Source: an uncultured Actinomycetes bacterium
GTDB lineage: Bacteria; Actinomycetota; UBA4738; JBBDTT01
Length of the DNA: 64,000 nt
NCBI GenBank assembly: GCA_963742735.1
Contig: CAVUMN010000004.1
Coordinates: 896,001 to 960,000 of the forward strand
Direction: 5' to 3'
Shown here one piece after another: positions 58,445 through 64,000 of this stretch. The position numbers and the translations under genes were made by a program. Position 1 is the stretch's first letter; each line of letters opens with the position of its first letter. The notes beneath the pieces were generated by a model. The model saw only the letters and a list, made by a program, of their open reading frames with translations. It made no database searches and was not told the origin of the DNA.

Positions 58445-59128
58445 ATGGGCCGTCAGTTCGTTCGTTTCGCGTTCTACGCGGTCGATCCCGCGTTCCGGCT
58501 GCTCGAGCCGGAGGCGCGGGAGCGGGCCAAGAAGGACCTGGCCGAGACGCTCGAGTCGCGGGCGTCCTCGATGCTCGTGCGCACGTACTCGACGGTCGGG
58601 TTCCGGGGCGACTGCGACCTGCTCGTGTGGTCCGCCTCCGAGGACCCCGACGACCTCACCGCGCTGGCCGCCGCCGCGAATCGCAGCGAGCTGGGCCCCT
58701 ACCTACGCGTCGCGCACTCGTACTTCTCGATGACCAAGCCCTCGAGGTACGTGGGCTCGCACGAGCACGAGGGCCAGGAGGGCCGGCGAACGGTGCTGAC
58801 GCCCGGCGACGCGGCGTTCCTGTTCGTCTACCCGTTCTGGAAGACCCACGAGTGGTACCAGCTGCCGTTCGACGAGCGCATGCGCCTGATGAAGGAGCAC
58901 TTCGAGATCGGCCACAAGTACCCGAACGTCCGGCTGAACACGACCTACGCGTTCGGCCTGGACGACCCCGAGTTCGTGCTGGCGTTCGAGGCCGACGACC
59001 CGTCGGAGTTCCTCGCCCTCGTCGAGGAGCTGCGGGCAGCCGAGCAGCGGCCGTTCACCCTGCGGGACACCCCGATCTTCACCTGTCGCCGCATGACCGC
59101 CGCCGAGGCGCTCGACCAGATCGCCTAG
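58445..59128 (+). CDS. hemQ: Chlorite dismutase family; probable coproheme decarboxylase
   Basis: YPFWKTHEWYQLP..ER..M.EH, FGLDDPEF. Confidence 0.8.
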   Translation: MGRQFVRFAFYAVDPAFRLLEPEARERAKKDLAETLESRASSMLVRTYSTVGFRGDCDLLVWSASEDPDDLTALAAAANRSELGPYLRVAHSYFSMTKPSRYVGSHEHEGQEGRRTVLTPGDAAFLFVYPFWKTHEWYQLPFDERMRLMKEHFEIGHKYPNVRLNTTYAFGLDDPEFVLAFEADDPSEFLALVEELRAAEQRPFTLRDTPIFTCRRMTAAEALDQIA

Positions 59129-59132
59129 CTCC

Positions 59133-59945
59133 ATGCTCCGTGCGCGCGTCGAGGTGCGCGGCCTGGACATCCACTACCGGCAGTGGGGCACCGCCGAGAC
59201 GCCCACCGTGGTCCTCGCCCACGGCCTGCCCGACGGCGGCTTCGTCTGGTCCGCGCTGGCCCGCGAGCTCGAGGGGGTCCGGCGCCTGATCGCCTTCGAC
59301 CTCCCCGGCTTCGGCGAGTCCGACGCGCCGAAGGGGTTCGCCCACACCGTCTCCGCGTACGGGGACGTCTTCGACGGGTTCGTCGAGTCGCTCAACCTGG
59401 ACCGCTTCGACCTGGCCGTGCACGACGTCTCCGCGGCCTACGCGCTGCCGCACGCGGCGGCACGCCGAGAGCAGCTGAGCTCCCTGCTGATCCTGAACAC
59501 CCAGGTGTTCACCGGATGGCGCCACCATGCGCTGGCCCGCCGCTACCGCCGGCCGGTGCTGGGACGCCTAATGACCCTGCGGCCGCCCCGCGGGCGGTTC
59601 GAGAAGCTGCTGCGCCCCGCGTTCGCCGCGGAGCCTCCGCGCTGGTACCTCGACGAGCTGTGGACGGTGTGGAGCCGCCGGCGAACCCGCCGGGCCGTGA
59701 TGCGGTTCTACCGCCAGAACGAGCCCGAGGCGTGGGCGCCGGCCGAGCGATCCCTCGAGCGGCTTCGCGGGGTCCCGGCGACGGTGGTGTGGGGCGACAC
59801 CGACCCGTTCATCCGCGGGGACTACGCCGAGCGGACCGCCGACGCCCTGGGCGCGGACCTCTTCCACGTGCCCGACGCGGGTCACTTCCCCATGGTCGAG
59901 CGCCCGCAGGAGGTGGCCGCGGCGGCCCGGACGCTGTGGGGCTAG
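59133..59945 (+). CDS. Alpha/beta hydrolase (epoxide hydrolase/dehalogenase-like)
   Basis: HGLP, DLPGFG, VHDVSA nucleophile Asp, AGHFP. Confidence 0.88.
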   Translation: MLRARVEVRGLDIHYRQWGTAETPTVVLAHGLPDGGFVWSALARELEGVRRLIAFDLPGFGESDAPKGFAHTVSAYGDVFDGFVESLNLDRFDLAVHDVSAAYALPHAAARREQLSSLLILNTQVFTGWRHHALARRYRRPVLGRLMTLRPPRGRFEKLLRPAFAAEPPRWYLDELWTVWSRRRTRRAVMRFYRQNEPEAWAPAERSLERLRGVPATVVWGDTDPFIRGDYAERTADALGADLFHVPDAGHFPMVERPQEVAAAARTLWG

Positions 59946-60010
59946 GTGCGGGAACCTTTCGCGTCGCTCCGCCCGTCGAACCGGACAACCCAACCAGGAG
60001 GAGCCGGACC

Positions 60011-60487
60011 ATGACCAGGAAGCTGATCGCGCTGCTGGCGATGCTCGTGTTCGGGGTCGCGTGCGGCAACCTGAACGACACCGGCGCCGGGGGAGGCAGC
60101 CCCGAGGACCCCGTGACCAGCTCCCCGGTCGATCCCGGCGAGCCCATCCCCTCGCCGACGCCCCGCATCGTCGAGCCCACCCCCGGCCTGACCGGTGTGC
60201 ACCCCAACGCCTTCGACAAGGCCGTATCCGTGGACGGCGACACCGTCCGCGTCGAGTACTACCTGGGGGTTGAGGACTGCTACGGCCTGGACCACGTCGA
60301 GGTCGAGTACGGCGAGGAGGTCGTGATCATCACCCTGTACAGCGGCAGCGTTCCCGGCGCGGAGGTGTGCATCGACATCGCGGAGTTCGTGGCCACCATC
60401 GTGGACCTGGACGAGCCCCTGAACGGCCGGACGATCGTGGACGGCGCCGCGGACGAGAGCGCGGACGACGGCGAGTACGGCTACTAA
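60011..60487 (+). CDS. Lipoprotein, hypothetical
   Basis: AGGAGGAG RBS; VACG lipobox; two further Cys. Confidence 0.8.
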   Translation: MTRKLIALLAMLVFGVACGNLNDTGAGGGSPEDPVTSSPVDPGEPIPSPTPRIVEPTPGLTGVHPNAFDKAVSVDGDTVRVEYYLGVEDCYGLDHVEVEYGEEVVIITLYSGSVPGAEVCIDIAEFVATIVDLDEPLNGRTIVDGAADESADDGEYGY

Positions 60488-60891
60488 CCCGCGTCGAGCG
60501 CCTCGGCCTTGTTGGGCGCGGGCGTGTTCGGGAGGTGGAGCAGCGTCCGCACCCCGAGCACGCCCGGGATCTTCGCCGCGGCCCGCTCGAGCCGGCCGAT
60601 CTGCTCCGCCCGGTCCACCTCGCCCCGCAGCACGATGATCCCGTTCTCGGCGTTGATCTTCACCCGGTCGCTCGGGATGTCGAGTCCGACGAACAGCTCG
60701 CTCTCGACCTTCGCGGCGAGGGTGGGGTCGTTGTAGGAGTGATCGAGCGTCCCGGGCCCCTCGGCCCGGGTCACCCCGAGGACCCTGGACCGGATCCGAC
60801 GGCGCCGCTCAGGGCCGTTCTCGGGGTCCAGGAAGTACATCGCGGCCGCGCCGGCCGCGGCGAGCATCGCCGTCCTTCGGATCGCTCCCAT
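60484..60891 (-). CDS. BON domain protein
   Basis: AMYFLDPENG.RRR; DPTLAAKVESEL, ENGIIVLRGEV, IPGV. Confidence 0.82.
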   Translation of the reverse strand: MGAIRRTAMLAAAGAAAMYFLDPENGPERRRRIRSRVLGVTRAEGPGTLDHSYNDPTLAAKVESELFVGLDIPSDRVKINAENGIIVLRGEVDRAEQIGRLERAAAKIPGVLGVRTLLHLPNTPAPNKAEALDAG

Positions 60892-60929
60892 CCAGAACAG
60901 TGTTCCCGCGGACGACGAGGGGGAAACGG

Positions 60930-61442
60930 CTACCGCGACGCGAGCACGTCGGCCAGCGAGGGGTTCGAACGGTCCCGCTCGGACAGTATCGGCGTGGTCC
61001 CACCCCAGTCGATGCCCAGCTCCGGGTCGTCCCAGGCGATCCCGAACTCGTCGGGGTTGGCGGCGTCGTACTCCTGCGTCACCAGGTAGCAAAGGGTCAT
61101 GTTCTCAACGGCGTACAGGCCGTGGGCGACGAGGGGAGGGATGAACACGCCGCGCGGCTCGTCCTGGCTCATCTCGAACTGCTCGACGTGCCGGAACGTC
61201 GGCGAGGCCTCCCGGATGTCCACCAGCGTCACCCGGCATCGCCCCCGGGCGATCGTCCAGTAGTCGGCCTGTCGCTTGTGGAAGTGCAGCCCCCGGAGCA
61301 CCCCCGCGCGGGAGTACGAGAGCGAGGACTGGACCATCTCCGGCGCGCCGGGCACCCAGGACTTCTTGTACGCCTCCTGGAACCGCCCGCGGTCGTCCGG
61401 ATGGGGGGAGAGGTCGAACCGGTGGACGCCCTCGATCGCCAC
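60930..61442 (-). CDS. rmlC: dTDP-4-dehydrorhamnose 3,5-epimerase family
   Basis: DDRGRFQE, GVLRGLHF, VDIREASPTF, AHG, WDDPELGIDW. Confidence 0.88.
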   Translation of the reverse strand: MAIEGVHRFDLSPHPDDRGRFQEAYKKSWVPGAPEMVQSSLSYSRAGVLRGLHFHKRQADYWTIARGRCRVTLVDIREASPTFRHVEQFEMSQDEPRGVFIPPLVAHGLYAVENMTLCYLVTQEYDAANPDEFGIAWDDPELGIDWGGTTPILSERDRSNPSLADVLASR

Positions 61443-61775
61443 CTAGGCCCGGGCGGCGTCGGGGACCCGCAACGTGAACCGGCAGTCGTACTCGCTCTCC
61501 AGCGAGAACGAGTCGTTGACCAGGCCCTCGTCCACGTCGACCTCGAGGGTCCGGTCGTCGTCGTAGAGCTTCGCCAGCCACGCGTGGGCGAACACCGGCA
61601 CGCCCCCGGCCTCGCCGATCCGCACCGCGTCGGGCTCGACCAGGTAGTGGTCGTAGAGGAACGGCGCCGTCGAGTCGCAGCACCCGGTCCCCAGGACCAT
61701 CACCAGGTCGGTCTTGCCCGCGTCCGCGACGCGGCGAACGACCTCCTCGGCGCGGCGGGTGGCGGTGATCTTCAG
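61443..61775 (-). CDS. DUF779 family protein
   Basis: GTGCCDSTAP, SFSLE; follows ALDH; inferred CTG start overlapping the ALDH stop. Confidence 0.78.
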   Translation of the reverse strand: MKITATRRAEEVVRRVADAGKTDLVMVLGTGCCDSTAPFLYDHYLVEPDAVRIGEAGGVPVFAHAWLAKLYDDDRTLEVDVDEGLVNDSFSLESEYDCRFTLRVPDAARA

Positions 61776-63277
61776 TCGGTCACCCCGATGATCTGGTTCC
61801 AGATCTTGTCCTTGGGGGCGAGCTGCTCCACCCGGACGTACTTGGTCTCCAGGTACTCGCCGAGCCCCCACGGTCCGAACTCGCGGCCGAGACCCGACTG
61901 CTTGTAGCCGCCGAACGGGGTGGCCGGCGTGATCATGTGGTGGGAGTTGATCCACACCGAACCGGTCTCCATGCGCTTCGCGACCTCCTGGGCCCGGATC
62001 GTGTCTCTCGACCACACCGAGCCCCCGAGGCCGTAGATCGAGTCGTTCGCGATCCGGATGGCCTCGTCCACGCTCGAGTAGCGGATCACCGAGAGCACCG
62101 GCCCGAAGATCTCCTCCTGGGCGATCGTCATCGAGGTCTCGACGTCGCCGAAGATCGTCGGCTTGTAGTACGAGCCGTTCTCCAGGCCCTCGCCCGTGGC
62201 CCGCTCGCCGCCGGTGAGCAGCTTCGCGCCCTCCTCCTGGCCGATCTCCACGTAGCGGTGCACCGCGTTCAGCTGGGTCTCGTTGATCAGCGGGCCGAGG
62301 TCGGTGCCGAAGTCGGTCGCGGGCCCGACCGTGAGCGACTCGACCTTCTCGACCAGCGCCGCGACGAAGTCGTCGTAGAGCACCTCGGGCAGGAGGAGCC
62401 GCGTCCCGGCCTCGCACGACTGGCCGGAGTGCATGAACATCCCCCACAGCACACCGGGGATCGCGTCCTCGAAGTCGGCGTCGTCCAGGACGATCTGCGC
62501 GCTCTTGCCGCCGAGCTCCAGGGTCAGGCGCTTGATCGTCCCGCTGGCGATCTGCATGATCCGGCGGCCCACCTCGGTGGAGCCCGTGAACGAGATCTTG
62601 TTCACGTCGGGGTGATTCACCAGGCCCTCGCCGACCGAGGCTCCACCGCCGGCGACGATGTTCACGACGCCCTTGGGCAGGCCGGACTCGGCGAAGATCT
62701 CGCCGAGGGCCATGGTGGTCTCCGGCGTGTAGCTCGCCGGCTTCAGCACGACCGTGCACCCGCTGGCCACGGCGGGGGAGAGCTTCCAGAAGGCCATCAG
62801 GTACGGGTAGTTCCAGGGGGTGATCGAGCCGACCACGCCGACCGGGTCGCGGCGGATCTGGTGCCACGCCGGCGCCGGGAAGTCGTAGTTGGGCCCGGGG
62901 ACGACGTAGTCCATCTTCGAGGCCAGCTCGCCCAGGTAGCGCCAGAACTCGTGGGCGTAGGGCACCGTGAACAGGTTGGCCAGGCGGGCGGTGTGGCCGG
63001 CGTTCTCGGACTCGAGCATCGCGAGCTCGGAGGCCTTGTCCTCCAGGCGCGCGTGGATGTCGAGCATGATCTTGAAGCGGTCGGCGGGCTTCATCGAGGG
63101 CCACGGGCCCTCGTCGAACGCCGTGCGGGCGGCGGCGACGGCGCGGTTCGCGTCCTCCGCTCCGCCCTTGGCGACGGTCGCGACGGCCTCGCCGGTCGAC
63201 GGGTTGTAGGCCTCGAACGTCTCCCCGCTCGCGGCGTCGGTGAACTCGCCGTCGATGAAGAGCTTGTAGTCGCGCAT
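61772..63277 (-). CDS. Aldehyde dehydrogenase
   Basis: ITPWNYP, FTGST, LELGGKS, GQSC, EEIFGP, PFGGYKQSG. Confidence 0.95.
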   Translation of the reverse strand: MRDYKLFIDGEFTDAASGETFEAYNPSTGEAVATVAKGGAEDANRAVAAARTAFDEGPWPSMKPADRFKIMLDIHARLEDKASELAMLESENAGHTARLANLFTVPYAHEFWRYLGELASKMDYVVPGPNYDFPAPAWHQIRRDPVGVVGSITPWNYPYLMAFWKLSPAVASGCTVVLKPASYTPETTMALGEIFAESGLPKGVVNIVAGGGASVGEGLVNHPDVNKISFTGSTEVGRRIMQIASGTIKRLTLELGGKSAQIVLDDADFEDAIPGVLWGMFMHSGQSCEAGTRLLLPEVLYDDFVAALVEKVESLTVGPATDFGTDLGPLINETQLNAVHRYVEIGQEEGAKLLTGGERATGEGLENGSYYKPTIFGDVETSMTIAQEEIFGPVLSVIRYSSVDEAIRIANDSIYGLGGSVWSRDTIRAQEVAKRMETGSVWINSHHMITPATPFGGYKQSGLGREFGPWGLGEYLETKYVRVEQLAPKDKIWNQIIGVTD

Positions 63278-63354
63278 GGGTCGGCTCCCTCCTGGATTCG
63301 AGTGAGGATACCGCGGCGGAACCTTGCTCTGCCCTCGTGCGTCGGTATGCTGCG

Positions 63355-63936
63355 ATGACCATGAATCGACGGTGGCTGGCGGTGCTCCTGGCGGCGGGGA
63401 TGCTCCTGTCCGCGTGCGCCGACGAGGCCGAGCCCGGGGCGTCCCCCTCGGCGCCGTCGCCCAGCGGGTCGCCGACGCCGATCGAGCTCGAGGGCTCGAC
63501 GTGCGAACCCTCCCAGGGTGGCTCGGATGCGAACGTCCCCGACTTCGTCGAGGTCATCCCCGAGCACGTGGAGGGGATCGACCGGGTGACCTTCCGCTTC
63601 GAGCCGGACGCGTCCGCGACCGAGGCGCCGAGGTTCAACGTGCAGTTCGTGGACCAGCTGACGACGGACGGGGAGGGCGCGCCCGTGGACGTGGCGGGCG
63701 AGCGCTTCGTGTCCATCGGCTTCCACGCCATCGGCGTGCGGATCGAGGGGGAGACGCCGGAGGAGGTCTACACGGGGCCCCGGGAGTTCATCACCGGCTA
63801 TCCGAACATGCTCGAGATCGAGCAGCTCGGTGACTTCGAGGCCCAGGTGTCCTGGGGGATCGGCCTGAGCCGCGCCGGCTGCTACCGCGTGGAGTCCTCC
63901 GCGTCCGAGATCACCCTGGAGTTCCCCTCGCCCTGA
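63355..63936 (+). CDS. Lipoprotein (AMIN-like domain)
   Basis: LSAC lipobox; DRVTFRF, DFEAQVSWGIGL. Confidence 0.8.
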   Translation: MTMNRRWLAVLLAAGMLLSACADEAEPGASPSAPSPSGSPTPIELEGSTCEPSQGGSDANVPDFVEVIPEHVEGIDRVTFRFEPDASATEAPRFNVQFVDQLTTDGEGAPVDVAGERFVSIGFHAIGVRIEGETPEEVYTGPREFITGYPNMLEIEQLGDFEAQVSWGIGLSRAGCYRVESSASEITLEFPSP

Positions 63937-64000
63937 CGGGGAGGTTTTCGCGGGCTCTGGTAGTACCATTTGCATGACGCCGTGCACTCACGAAAGGAGG

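Overview
High-GC window, most likely from an Actinomycetota chromosome. The evidence is orthologs of Rv3661-type HAD, DUF5318-ponA, GT87, Ltp3/Ltp4, a BldN/RsbN-like ECF pair and an actinobacterial Tad cluster. Bases 1-24 kb are a lipid/steroid-like acyl-CoA catabolic region: 3 acyl-CoA ligases, 3 SCP2-type thiolase-fold proteins, DUF35 OB-fold proteins, tandem ThDP lyases, a GMC oxidoreductase, a crotonase, an ACAD, an SDR and an LmbU-like regulator. Bases 24-31 kb hold MarR/AzlCD/LLM and assorted hydrolases. Bases 31-35 kb hold HAD - ECF sigma - anti-sigma, then a ~480 bp intergenic region that appears to encode two tandem structured RNAs. One lies behind a copy of the ECF's own promoter motif, and the other is an Ms1-like RNA behind a TAGAAT -10. 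Bases 35-44 kb hold a cupredoxin/ECF/ZAS anti-sigma/M15 peptidase operon, a membrane adenylate cyclase and a divergently arranged RelE/Phd toxin-antitoxin pair. Bases 44-49 kb are a Tad/Flp pilus operon ending in a pseudopilin fused to an M15 peptidoglycan peptidase. Bases 50-64 kb hold DUF5318, a degenerate NuoH-like/antiporter-like pair, PBP1A, glycosyltransferases, HemQ, RmlC, ALDH and lipoproteins. Frameshifts in cpaE and ponA are probably assembly indels. No rRNA, tRNA, CRISPR or transposase was seen. All family calls come from motif recognition by eye, and no searches were run.
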